Shown: piece by piece, positions 40,126-49,517 of the stretch
Numbering within the stretch: position 1 is the stretch's first letter
How the letters are laid out: each line of letters opens with the position of its first letter
Origin: Candidatus Bathyarchaeia archaeon
GTDB taxonomy: Archaea; Thermoproteota; Bathyarchaeia; Bathyarchaeales; Bathycorpusculaceae
DNA: 64,000 nt
Assembly: GCA_038883655.1 (NCBI GenBank)
Contig: JAVZLQ010000003.1
Span: forward strand, 96,001-160,000
Reading direction: 5' to 3'
Position numbers and translations under genes: made by a program
Notes under the pieces: model-generated
Seen by the model: only the letters and a program-made list of their open reading frames with translations
Database searches by the model: none
Told to the model about the DNA's origin: nothing

Positions 40126-40974
40126 TTGAAGAACCCCATAATAACCTTGACAACAGACTTTGGATTGAAAGACCCATATGTAGCGGAAATGAAAGCGGTG
40201 ATTTTGAGCATATGCCCAAAAGCGCAAATAATAGACATAACCCACCAAATAGAGAAGTTTAACGTTCGAATGGGTGCTTACACGCTTGCTTGCGCAGCAC
40301 CATACTTTCCAAAGAGCACCGTTCACGTGGCAGTTGTAGACCCAGGCGTTGGAACCAGAAGACGACCATTGCTTATAGAGGCTATAAAGGATTTCTTCAT
40401 AGGACCTGACAATGGTGTTTTGGCTTTAGCCGCAAAAGCCCAAGGAATAAAACGTGTATATGAAATTTCAAATCGCAAGTTTATGCTGCCGCAAATATCC
40501 AGCACATTTCATGGAAGGGACGTTTTCGCCCCAGCAGCAGCCCACATAGCAAATGGAGTGTCTCTATCAGAATTTGGGCCGGAGATTGAAGAGATTATGG
40601 TTCCAGAATTTGCCAAACTTGTCAAGAGAAAGGATGCTGTTATAGGCGAAGTTTTGCATGTGGACGGTTTCGGGAACATAATAACAAATTTCGGAGAGAA
40701 GGAGCTTAAGCTGATGGGAGTAAGCGACACTGTTAATGTTAAAATCGAGAGTAAGCTGCTGGAGTTGAAGTTATGCAAAGCTTACGCAGAAGTCCCGCTG
40801 AAAAAGCCATTAGCAATAATAGGAAGCCACAACTTCCTGGAAATATCCATCAATCAAGGCAACGCCGCTGAAAAATTCAAAGTGAAAATTGGAGACAAAA
40901 TTGCCTTGTGCGTGGACGTCGGAAAATCTAGAGGGGGCTACTATTGCAGTGGAAAACAGCCAATAAAACATTGA
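40126..40974 (+). CDS. SAM hydroxide adenosyltransferase (DUF62, chlorinase/fluorinase family)
   Basis: TTDFG.KDPYV, VVDPGVGT, GPDNG, STFHGRDVFAP, DGFGN. Confidence 0.93.
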   Translation: MKNPIITLTTDFGLKDPYVAEMKAVILSICPKAQIIDITHQIEKFNVRMGAYTLACAAPYFPKSTVHVAVVDPGVGTRRRPLLIEAIKDFFIGPDNGVLALAAKAQGIKRVYEISNRKFMLPQISSTFHGRDVFAPAAAHIANGVSLSEFGPEIEEIMVPEFAKLVKRKDAVIGEVLHVDGFGNIITNFGEKELKLMGVSDTVNVKIESKLLELKLCKAYAEVPLKKPLAIIGSHNFLEISINQGNAAEKFKVKIGDKIALCVDVGKSRGGYYCSGKQPIKH

Positions 40975-40983
40975 ATTTCTCAG

Positions 40984-41508
40984 TCACACTTTATCGCTCT
41001 TAACTAAGTCCCGAAGCCTGTTCACACCATCAATCCCTTTTATGAAAGCTGCCACACTTTTTGGAACAAGCTCCTCCCAACTCTTGTCTTTAAGCATTCT
41101 TTCGCGGATTTCCGTTGAAGAGTAAAGCTTCCTCTCATGGAAACGAATGTTTTTCACTTCATATCCAGCTTCAATGAAGAGCCTACGTGTCAGAGGCTCA
41201 TTCGAATAAACAACATCGAAGTGCGGAGTATAGCCCTCCACGGCGGAAACCCACATCATATGCAAATGCACGTCTGGAACTGGCACAATCCAAAATTTCG
41301 AGTGAGGTATTTCAGCCTCTTCAAGTGCTCTGCGAATCATAACAAGCCTTTCGCCTGCCGTGAATGGATTATTTAGGTTGTGGCTGTATTGCGCGCTCCC
41401 GATGACAATGACCAGCTCATCCACTTCCTTCAAAATGTCCTTTATCGCGCCGAGATGCCCCAAATGGAAAGGCTGAAAGCGTCCAACATAAAGCCCACGC
41501 TTAACCAT
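40984..41508 (-). CDS. nadM: Nicotinamide-nucleotide adenylyltransferase
   Basis: GRFQPFHLGH, GSAQ, NPFTAGER, SSTEIR. Confidence 0.94.
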   Translation of the reverse strand: MVKRGLYVGRFQPFHLGHLGAIKDILKEVDELVIVIGSAQYSHNLNNPFTAGERLVMIRRALEEAEIPHSKFWIVPVPDVHLHMMWVSAVEGYTPHFDVVYSNEPLTRRLFIEAGYEVKNIRFHERKLYSSTEIRERMLKDKSWEELVPKSVAAFIKGIDGVNRLRDLVKSDKV

Positions 41509-41598
41509 CAAACCCCTCGCTTTTTGGTTTACCCACCGCACATTTATTATTTACGATAAAACAGCACAAACACGCCGACAATTAAGCCGTTCAAATAG

Positions 41599-42192
41599 TT
41601 AATTTTCTTCTCTAACTCTGTTTAGCACATTCTCGACTGGGAATAAAAGTAGTCTTTTACCATTCAAGTAAATTTCTCTTTTTGAAATATAGCCTCGACT
41701 TTCCCGCTTCAAAAGTTGAAGTTTAACGTTTAAGCCGCCTCCATACCCGCCTAACGTAAAGTCTGAACAGACAATCCTATGGCATGGAACGAGCGGTGCA
41801 AAAGGATTCATAGCCATAACACGCCCAACAGCCCTTGGACTTCCACCAACTGCTTTGGCAACATAACCATAGAAGGAAACGTATCCAACGGGGATTAGCA
41901 AAACAGATCTTATCACGTTTTGTGCATACGTGGATAACTGCTCCATAGCCAACGGTACATCGACCACAACGTCCCTTCCATAATAAACATTTTTGACTAA
42001 TTCCAGAACATGCCCAGCAAACGGAGAAACCTCTTCAGAATACTGAAAGGGAGAATCAAAAGGAATTCCTTCCAAAAGACTCTTTAGCACAGAAGCCTTG
42101 CTAAAGCCGAAACTAGTGGCAAAAACTTTTCTTTCATCACATGCCACTCCAAACCAAACGCCATCATCGCATCTTACGCAGAGACTTATCAT
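41599..42192 (-). CDS. ogt: Methylated-DNA--protein-cysteine methyltransferase
   Basis: RAVG..NP...VPCHRIV active site, GGYGGG. Confidence 0.88.
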   Translation of the reverse strand: MISLCVRCDDGVWFGVACDERKVFATSFGFSKASVLKSLLEGIPFDSPFQYSEEVSPFAGHVLELVKNVYYGRDVVVDVPLAMEQLSTYAQNVIRSVLLIPVGYVSFYGYVAKAVGGSPRAVGRVMAMNPFAPLVPCHRIVCSDFTLGGYGGGLNVKLQLLKRESRGYISKREIYLNGKRLLLFPVENVLNRVREEN

Positions 42193-42264
42193 TTAACAGC
42201 ACCTGCAGAAAAAATGGACACAACATTATTAAACAATTCTCCGCGATATACTTAAGGGAATGAT

Positions 42265-43551
42265 TTGCAAAACACTACGGAACAAGTAAAGGTTCTCCCA
42301 GTTTTAGTTTGCAGAAAAGGGCAAGTTTCAGAGAGATTTCTAAATGAAAGAATAAAGCAGCTCAATAAAAACTTGAAAATTAAAGCCGAAATTTTAGAGG
42401 GAATAACAATCAACGACGAAGAAGACCTCGCAATTTTTGATGTACATGCGAAGGATGCTGACGTCATACTCTTATACAAGCCACATCTCGGCTTAGGAAA
42501 CTGCGTAACTGAAATAGCAAAGCGTGGGCTACCAATAATGCTTTTCAATGATGAGGGATTAGTAAACAACCCGTTAGACGCGCTGGAATATGTGTACACG
42601 CGCAATAACGTTTGGGTTGCCCTAGATCACCAAGACATAAACGATTATCTGGAAACAATCTCGGTTAGGGAAAGACTTAGAAGAACAAAAATTTTAGTTT
42701 TAAATGAGGATTACCCTCACTGGGAGCGATTTTTATCACGTGTCCAGGGTGGACGCGAAGCCATCAAAAAGAGGTTTGGAATAGAACTTGAGTACGTTCA
42801 AAGCGAAGATGTAATGAAGCGATGGGAAAAAATAGATGACGCAGTTGCCGAGCAGCTTGTTGAAAAATGGATGCGCGAGGCAGATAAAATTGTTGAACCC
42901 TCAAAGACAGACGTCAAAGCAGTCGCCAAATTATACATTCTAATGAAAGATCTGTTGAGTGAGAAAAACGCCCAAGCGATAACAATGGCTTATGGCGACA
43001 ACCCATTGCCAGTTCCATGCTTCGCCTACACGAATCTGCGGGATGAAGGAATACCAGCAGCTTGCGAGGCGGACATCATCTCGTTACTTTCAATGGTAAT
43101 CCTCCATTACGTTGCAGAAAAACCATGCTTTATGGGAAACACGTTTGTTGACACAAAAGACGATGCGCTGGTTCTCAGCCATTGCGTATGCCCAAGAAAA
43201 ATGGAAGGCTACAACGCAGACGCATCGCCATACATTTTAAGGCGATACCATACGGAGAGTTTTACTGGAAGCCTAACAGCCTTCGTGAAAATGAAGATTG
43301 GACAAGAAGTAACAGTTTGTAGGTTAAGTGGAGACTTGAAGAACATGGTTGTCGCCAACGGCGTCATCATGGACTGCACGGAAATGGATAGCGAAAGGTA
43401 CTGTAGAATTACAGTTAAAGTGAAAATTAAAAATTCGCGCGAATTTGTCCATAAAACATCGGGCAACCACCATGTGATGGTTTATGGCGACTATAGAGAA
43501 CAGCTTAAAAGATTAAACAGCTTGTTAAATATAAACACTATAGAAATCTAA
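42265..43551 (+). CDS. L-fucose/L-arabinose isomerase-like protein
   Basis: PCFAY..L...ACEAD, SHC, VTVCRL, CR, GNHHVMVYGD. Confidence 0.75.
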   Translation: MQNTTEQVKVLPVLVCRKGQVSERFLNERIKQLNKNLKIKAEILEGITINDEEDLAIFDVHAKDADVILLYKPHLGLGNCVTEIAKRGLPIMLFNDEGLVNNPLDALEYVYTRNNVWVALDHQDINDYLETISVRERLRRTKILVLNEDYPHWERFLSRVQGGREAIKKRFGIELEYVQSEDVMKRWEKIDDAVAEQLVEKWMREADKIVEPSKTDVKAVAKLYILMKDLLSEKNAQAITMAYGDNPLPVPCFAYTNLRDEGIPAACEADIISLLSMVILHYVAEKPCFMGNTFVDTKDDALVLSHCVCPRKMEGYNADASPYILRRYHTESFTGSLTAFVKMKIGQEVTVCRLSGDLKNMVVANGVIMDCTEMDSERYCRITVKVKIKNSREFVHKTSGNHHVMVYGDYREQLKRLNSLLNINTIEI

Positions 43552-43615
43552 AAGAACAATACAATTAAGTTTAATAGGTTGCCCCGAATATATTCACGGA
43601 AAAGGTGAACACTCT

Positions 43616-44236
43616 ATGGAAGAGCAGTCACAACGAGGCGAATACTTGTGGATTCCAGGAGCAACAACGGTTGGGGTCGTATGCCGAGATGGCGTCATAC
43701 TTGCATCTGAAAAGCGCGTTTCGTACGGCACGCTAGTGGTAAGCAAGGGAGGAAAAAAGGTTTTCAAAATAACAGACCGTATAGGCGCCGCATGTGCTGG
43801 GTTAGTGTCGGACATGCAAATTCTCGTCAGGGAAGTTGAAGCCTTTGCAAACCTGTTCGCTCTCGAAACTGGAAGACCAATTTCCGTAAGGTCAGCGGCA
43901 AAACTGATTTCAAACGTGCTTTTTGAGCAGAGAAGAGCACCGCTAATAACACAAACGATCGTGGGCGGAATAGACGAAGAAGGCCCATCCATATACGTTC
44001 TTGACATCCTCGGTTCGCTTATATCTGAAAAGTACGCTGTTGTGGGCTCAGGAACAGAAATCGCCATGGGCGTGATCGAAGACGGCTACAAAGAAGATAT
44101 GCCTATCGAAGAAGCGAAGGAGCTTGTTGTTAGAGCAATAAAATCAGCCATAAGTAGAGACGTAATGAGCGGAGACGGAATAGACTTCCTTCTAATAACG
44201 AAAGATGGGATAAAGGAAGAATCGATAAAGTTTTAA
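43616..44236 (+). CDS. psmB: Proteasome subunit beta
   Basis: Propeptide then TTVG, ASEKR, GSG, RDVMSGDG. Confidence 0.94.
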   Translation: MEEQSQRGEYLWIPGATTVGVVCRDGVILASEKRVSYGTLVVSKGGKKVFKITDRIGAACAGLVSDMQILVREVEAFANLFALETGRPISVRSAAKLISNVLFEQRRAPLITQTIVGGIDEEGPSIYVLDILGSLISEKYAVVGSGTEIAMGVIEDGYKEDMPIEEAKELVVRAIKSAISRDVMSGDGIDFLLITKDGIKEESIKF

Positions 44237-44296
44237 CCTTAATAGTCTAGAAGGCTTACTGAGCATTCAGATTCACGCCTTCAGTGGAATGGAAAA

Positions 44297-44923
44297 TTGC
44301 CATTTGAACTAGACATAGAAGAAGGCAAATTACTAGTAAAACTTGCACGTGAAGCAGTAGAAGAATACCTAAAGACAAGACGCAAAACGAAAGCGCCAGA
44401 AAACATATCGGAAAAACTTCGGCAACCATGCGGCGTATTCGTCACAATAAACACTCTTACAAACGGAGAAAAAGAGTTAAGAGGTTGTATAGGATACCCA
44501 TACCCCACAACACCACTTGTTGAAGCTGTAATTGATTCCGCAATAAGCTCGGCAACGCAAGACCCGCGTTTTTACCCGCTCTCACTGAACGAACTTGACA
44601 AAGTAGTGTTTGAAGTAAGCGTGCTCACGCCACCACAACTAATAAGCGTTGAAAAGACAAGCGATTATCCAAACAAAATAAAAGTTGGAGAAGACGGTTT
44701 AATGATTGAAAGGGGCATATTCAAAGGTTTGCTTTTGCCTCAAGTTCCAGTTGAATGGGGATGGGACGAGGAGGAGTTCCTATGCCAATGCTGTATAAAG
44801 GCGGGGCTGCCGCCAGACGCTTGGCTCCTAAAAGACACAAAAATCTACAAGTTCCAAGCCATAATTTTTGAAGAGGAAAAACCAAGAGGCGAGGTTAAGC
44901 GCAAATCCCTTGGCGGGAAATAA
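44297..44923 (+). CDS. AMMECR1 domain protein (TIGR00296-like)
   Basis: GVFVT, LRGCIG, DPRF, EVSVL, GLLLPQV. Confidence 0.92.
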   Translation: MPFELDIEEGKLLVKLAREAVEEYLKTRRKTKAPENISEKLRQPCGVFVTINTLTNGEKELRGCIGYPYPTTPLVEAVIDSAISSATQDPRFYPLSLNELDKVVFEVSVLTPPQLISVEKTSDYPNKIKVGEDGLMIERGIFKGLLLPQVPVEWGWDEEEFLCQCCIKAGLPPDAWLLKDTKIYKFQAIIFEEEKPRGEVKRKSLGGK

Positions 44924-44927
44924 CTAT

Positions 44928-46109
44928 ATGAAAGTTTACTTTGCGCCATGCGGCATCGGTTTGGGTCACGTTGGAAGATGCATACCAATAGCAAAGAAAC
45001 TTAGAAATGCCGAAATAATGTTTTCCACATATGGCGAAGGCATAAGCCAAGTTGAAAAGGAAAAGCTGCCATTGATAAGGGCGCCCTCGATAGGTTTTAA
45101 GGTCAAGCCTGACGGAACAATAGACTTTAAGCAAACAGCGATCAACCCTGGACCATTTTTAGCTTCGTTCACTCTTCTAGAGCAGATTAATGCGGAGATA
45201 AGGGCTATTGAACGCTTCAAGCCCGATATTGTAGTTTCTGATTCGCGTGTTTCGCCGCTAATCGCAGCAAAAATTTTGGGAATACCAAGAATCTGTATTC
45301 TAAATCAGTTTCAAGTCATAATTCCCAGAAGAAAACGCTTCTTGCGTTTGGCAAGGTTCGCAGACTCCATAACATTAACGCTCATCGGCAAGATTTGGAC
45401 AAGCGGAAAATACGTTTTGATACCAGACTTTCCGCAGCCATACACAATATGCGCTGGAAACCTAAACATTCCAAAATTTTACAGAGAAAAGGTAAAGTTG
45501 ATTGGTCCAATCTTGCCGGTAAACCCGCATGCGTTGCCACCAAAGGAGAAACTGCGGAAAAAGCTAAAACTGCCTACGGATAAGCCCCTGATCTTTGTTC
45601 CGATAAGTGGTCCAATTAAAGAAAGAGCTTATCTAATCGGGATTTTAAGGAAAATTTTGCTTGAATTTCCAGAAGATTATGAAATAGTCATGTCGTTGGG
45701 CTATCCCAATGCAGATGATAAGCCAATGCGTTATGGCAATCTGACAATTTACAAGTGGATTCCAAACCGCTTTGAGTACTTAAAGTCGTGCGACCTAGTG
45801 ATTAGTCGCGCTGGACATGGAACCCTAACCCAATGCATATGCTATGGAAAACCAATGATACTTGTGCCGACGCCGAATCACACGGAACAAATCATCAACG
45901 CTAAACAAGCTGAAAAAATTGGCGCTGCAGAAATCATCCAACAAGAAAAACTTAACAAGGGAAGGCTGTTAAAAATTGTTGAAAAAATTTTGGAAAGCGA
46001 AACCCCACGGCGACTAATGGAGATACAGAAGGAAGCAGCCAAATACGATGGGTTAGAAAACGCTGTGAAAATGATAGCTGAGGTTGCTGGTGAAAAGCAA
46101 GTATTTTAA
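44928..46109 (+). CDS. GT-B glycosyltransferase (MurG/MJ1255-like)
   Basis: GIGLGH..R, PDIVVSD, ISRAGHGT, HTEQ..NA. Confidence 0.85.
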   Translation: MKVYFAPCGIGLGHVGRCIPIAKKLRNAEIMFSTYGEGISQVEKEKLPLIRAPSIGFKVKPDGTIDFKQTAINPGPFLASFTLLEQINAEIRAIERFKPDIVVSDSRVSPLIAAKILGIPRICILNQFQVIIPRRKRFLRLARFADSITLTLIGKIWTSGKYVLIPDFPQPYTICAGNLNIPKFYREKVKLIGPILPVNPHALPPKEKLRKKLKLPTDKPLIFVPISGPIKERAYLIGILRKILLEFPEDYEIVMSLGYPNADDKPMRYGNLTIYKWIPNRFEYLKSCDLVISRAGHGTLTQCICYGKPMILVPTPNHTEQIINAKQAEKIGAAEIIQQEKLNKGRLLKIVEKILESETPRRLMEIQKEAAKYDGLENAVKMIAEVAGEKQVF

Positions 46110-46131
46110 GCGAAAAGGCGAAGTTAAAAGT

Positions 46132-46986
46132 ATGTTCCTTCCACGCAAAATTTTGGAAGAAAAACTTCAAAGAATATTAGCCGAAGACGTTGGACAAGGA
46201 GACATAACAACCGCATTAGCAGTTCCGCCAGAAAAGATCGTTGGAGCGCAAATAATCATGAAAGAAAGCGGAGTTGCCGCTGGAATTGAGGAGACAAAGA
46301 CGCTTTTAGAAGGCCTTGGTCTTAAAGTTGAGGCTTTGGTTGCTGATGGAGCCAATGTAAAAGCAGGACAAGTTTTAATGAAAATTTCTGGTGATGCGCG
46401 GACAATATTAACGGCTGAACGCACAGTCTTAAACATTCTTTCAAGAATGAGCGGCATTGCAACAGCAACACGGAGACTCGTAGAAGAAATAAGGAAGGCG
46501 AAACTCAAAACGAAAGTTGCTTGCACAAGGAAAACAGCGCCTGGACTATTATACTTTGATAAAAAGGCTGTTTGGATAGGTGGGGGAGACACGCATAGGT
46601 TTCACTTAGACGACATGGTTTTGATAAAGGATAATCACATAGCAGTGGCTGGCAGCATCAAAGAAGCAATAGCTAAGGCAAAGAAGGGTGCCTCTTTTGG
46701 CAAGAAAATTGAAGTTGAAGTTTCAAGAATTGAAGATGTTTTGGTTGCTGCGAAGAGTGGAGCCGACATAATCATGCTGGACAACTTCACCCCAGAAAAA
46801 ATAAGGAAGGTTGTGGAACTTTTGAAGAAAAAGGGTTTTTACGGAAAAGTTATTTTGGAGGCAAGTGGCGGTATAACAACAAAAAATTTCATGGAGTTCG
46901 TTTTGACAGGCGTTGACGTTATAAGCCTAGGCGAAATAACAGCAAGCCCAAAAACTTTGGACATAAGCCTAGAAATCGTTAAATGA
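46132..46986 (+). CDS. nadC: Nicotinate-nucleotide diphosphorylase (carboxylating)
   Basis: EDVGQGDIT, TRKTAPG, HR..L.D..LIKDNH, IEVEV, MLDN, EASGG. Confidence 0.95.
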   Translation: MFLPRKILEEKLQRILAEDVGQGDITTALAVPPEKIVGAQIIMKESGVAAGIEETKTLLEGLGLKVEALVADGANVKAGQVLMKISGDARTILTAERTVLNILSRMSGIATATRRLVEEIRKAKLKTKVACTRKTAPGLLYFDKKAVWIGGGDTHRFHLDDMVLIKDNHIAVAGSIKEAIAKAKKGASFGKKIEVEVSRIEDVLVAAKSGADIIMLDNFTPEKIRKVVELLKKKGFYGKVILEASGGITTKNFMEFVLTGVDVISLGEITASPKTLDISLEIVK

Positions 46987-46989
46987 TGG

Positions 46990-47679
46990 TTAAGGAAAGA
47001 GAAGCGCCAAAGCCAGGACTATAAGATTCAATGTTGCATGAGCAGAAGCTGATATGGTGTACGAACGCCACTTATAATAAACGTAACCCAAAACTAAACC
47101 TAATAGAAAAGCGGCAATTGTGTAAACCATTTGCGGGTCAAAATGTAAGAGACCGAAAACCAACGAAGATGCAAATATGGCTACTCCAGAAGAGTATCTG
47201 CCACCTATGGCAGTTTGCAGAAAACCTCTAAAAGCGAATTCTTCGCATAGCCCAGCCAATGTTAGAGTTGCAACAACCAAAATTAATCCCTCTATAGAAC
47301 TGCTCATTTCGATTATTCGTTTATTGCTTTGTTCAACAGCTTCGCTTTGGCCAAGTAACATTGTTAATACTATGATAATGAAAATGTCAAATAAAAGCAA
47401 CAAAGCGCCAACAACAACACCCAATGCGATACTTTTAAAATTTATTTCAAGCCCTATGTACTTTTTAATGTCAACTCCTTTGTAAATTAAATAGCAGAAC
47501 GGAACAGCTGCGATGAGCAATTCTCCAAGCACCATGAAAATTTTCTCGCCAATTTCTTCGCCAAGCAGAGCGAAGACAAAAACTCCTAAAAACAACATAA
47601 GTAAGAAGCTGGCAATCACTGCTAGAACAGCCACACCCGGCGATATTTCCTGCGTATCCTTTACCGTTTTGTTTTCCAT
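46990..47679 (-). CDS. CPBP (CAAX type II) intramembrane glutamic protease
   Basis: EEFAFRG, FGLLH, HATLN motifs; multi-TM. Confidence 0.9.
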   Translation of the reverse strand: MENKTVKDTQEISPGVAVLAVIASFLLMLFLGVFVFALLGEEIGEKIFMVLGELLIAAVPFCYLIYKGVDIKKYIGLEINFKSIALGVVVGALLLLFDIFIIIVLTMLLGQSEAVEQSNKRIIEMSSSIEGLILVVATLTLAGLCEEFAFRGFLQTAIGGRYSSGVAIFASSLVFGLLHFDPQMVYTIAAFLLGLVLGYVYYKWRSYTISASAHATLNLIVLALALLFP

Positions 47680-47680
47680 T

Positions 47681-48391
47681 TTAATCCTTTTTAGCTATTT
47701 TTATTATTCTGAAGCCTCTTGCAACTGGGTTTAACATTTCAGTAATATTAACTTTTTTTAAAACTTCTTTTTCGTCTATTGCATGGCCTCTCACATCGTG
47801 TTCAGCAAGCATCAGCGAATAAAGGTAAACCCTCCCTTCAGCGATTTTGTGCTGGCATTTTGAGGGCAAACCTAGTAGGAACGCTTTATCCTCTTTTAAT
47901 GCTTTCTCGCATACATACAAAATTGCGTGGGCTCCAGAAGTTAGTTCCGCTATTCGCACTGGTATGCTTTCCTTTCCAATGGCTAGGACGTCAACACCGT
48001 ATTTCTGGGTGATTTCGCCAGCAACTTTCCTTATCTTTGGAAAGATTTTTAGAAGGTGTCTTCTAGCTTTATTTGAAATTTTCATGTTTGAAAACTGGAT
48101 TGGAGAAAGCTGTTCAAGAGAAACCGCGCCTAAAGACATGTCAAGATGCACGACATCCGCTTTCACCTTGCCCAGCAGTTCCTTGCAGAGCTCCGCCTCT
48201 TTAATTATTACTTCATGTCCGTTTTTGGCATCCGCAAAAACTGGTTCAGCTATGCTAAGTGATGGTTCCCTATAGGGTGGGTCAACAACAACCGCCGCCG
48301 TCGCAACAATGTAAATTGGCTCAAATTTATTGTCCAGCACAGCGGAGGAAGAGTCTGCCGCAACAATTCGCAAAGGGGTTTCACCCAACAT
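47681..48391 (-). CDS. DUF4152-like protein (possible NurA/RNase H-like fold)
   Basis: IVAADSS, VVDPPY, VHLDMSLG, AIGKES.PVRIAE, NP.ARGF. Confidence 0.65.
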   Translation of the reverse strand: MLGETPLRIVAADSSSAVLDNKFEPIYIVATAAVVVDPPYREPSLSIAEPVFADAKNGHEVIIKEAELCKELLGKVKADVVHLDMSLGAVSLEQLSPIQFSNMKISNKARRHLLKIFPKIRKVAGEITQKYGVDVLAIGKESIPVRIAELTSGAHAILYVCEKALKEDKAFLLGLPSKCQHKIAEGRVYLYSLMLAEHDVRGHAIDEKEVLKKVNITEMLNPVARGFRIIKIAKKD

Positions 48392-48411
48392 AAAAATAGC
48401 GCTTAAAGGAT

Positions 48412-49038
48412 TTAATATTTGATGCTAGTCTTCTTTTTTAGGCGTAATCCCAAAATGAATATTTCTGAACTTTTAGCTCGACTTGCCTTTGGCTTTATAA
48501 CACGCACAACTTCAAAGCATCCACTAACTTTTTTTATAAAATCGTCAAGCATGTCGCCCTGAAAAACTTTGACAAAAAAGTTTCCAGAAGGCTTCAGCGT
48601 TTTCATCGCTATTTCGAGGGCATGTTGCGCCAAATCTATTTGCCGTGCATGGTCAACCTCCCAAACTCCAGAAATGTTAGGCGAGGCATCTGAAATTACG
48701 ACATCAGCATTATGGGGAAGAATACTCAAAATCTGTTCAACTGTTTCTTGTTCGGTTATGTCACCTATGATTGTGCGAACATTATCTTCTGGAAGAGGTT
48801 CTACGCGTTTGAGGTCAACGCCTAAAACAAAGCCTTTTTTCCCAACAACTTTTCTTGCAGCTTGAAGCCAGCCTCCCGGGGCCGCGCCCAGATCAACGAC
48901 CACGTCGCCCCTTCTCATGAAATGGTATTTTTCAACTGCTTGCAAAAGCTTGTAGGCGGCTCTTGAACGATAAAGTTCTTCCTTAGCCTTCTTGTAGTAG
49001 TAGTCCCTTTTCCTTTCCTGAATCCAAGCTTTGGGCAA
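48412..49038 (-). CDS. rlmE: 23S rRNA (U2552-2'-O)-methyltransferase RlmE/FtsJ
   Basis: YRSRAAYKL, DLGAAPGGW, SDASP, KVFQG, SR..SSE. Confidence 0.94.
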   Translation of the reverse strand: MPKAWIQERKRDYYYKKAKEELYRSRAAYKLLQAVEKYHFMRRGDVVVDLGAAPGGWLQAARKVVGKKGFVLGVDLKRVEPLPEDNVRTIIGDITEQETVEQILSILPHNADVVISDASPNISGVWEVDHARQIDLAQHALEIAMKTLKPSGNFFVKVFQGDMLDDFIKKVSGCFEVVRVIKPKASRAKSSEIFILGLRLKKKTSIKY

Positions 49039-49040
49039 AA

Positions 49041-49418
49041 CTAGCTGTCACCCAAAAGTGTAGGTTCATCCTTAGAAATTGAAATAAGCCACTGTGTAAG
49101 CCTCTCACATGTTTGCGGAGAAATGGCACTTGCGGGGTCGCATCTTGAAGCGTCCGGGCACATGAGGCATGGGCAGTCTGCTATCGAATCTATTGATGCT
49201 GGAAGCCTTTTTGGAAAAAGCCTATAAGTCCATCTACCATCGCGTAGCTCCTTTTCCCGCCTTATCAAACCTCTACTCTCAAGTTTTAGGGCTATTCTAG
49301 AGCCTTCTCTGCTGCTTGCGCCCAATTTACGCCATAACTCTGACTGGAGGACACCATCAGCGCCCATGCGCATTATGTATTGGAGGGCTCTCTGCTCCAA
49401 ATCATTATGTTTTGCCAT
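49041..49418 (-). CDS. TFE-beta (archaeal RPC34 homolog): winged helix + C-terminal FeS domain
   Basis: GVLQSELWRKL..SSREGSR...RWTY winged helix and CPCLMC..C...SP.TC..L..W cysteine motif. Confidence 0.78.
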   Translation of the reverse strand: MAKHNDLEQRALQYIMRMGADGVLQSELWRKLGASSREGSRIALKLESRGLIRREKELRDGRWTYRLFPKRLPASIDSIADCPCLMCPDASRCDPASAISPQTCERLTQWLISISKDEPTLLGDS

Positions 49419-49517
49419 TTCTAACCGTTCAGCCTCACCATCTACTAATATATGAAACATTTTAAATAAAAAGTGTATGCCTAACAACCCACTAAAGGAA
49501 CGTTGAGAAGGATTAGA

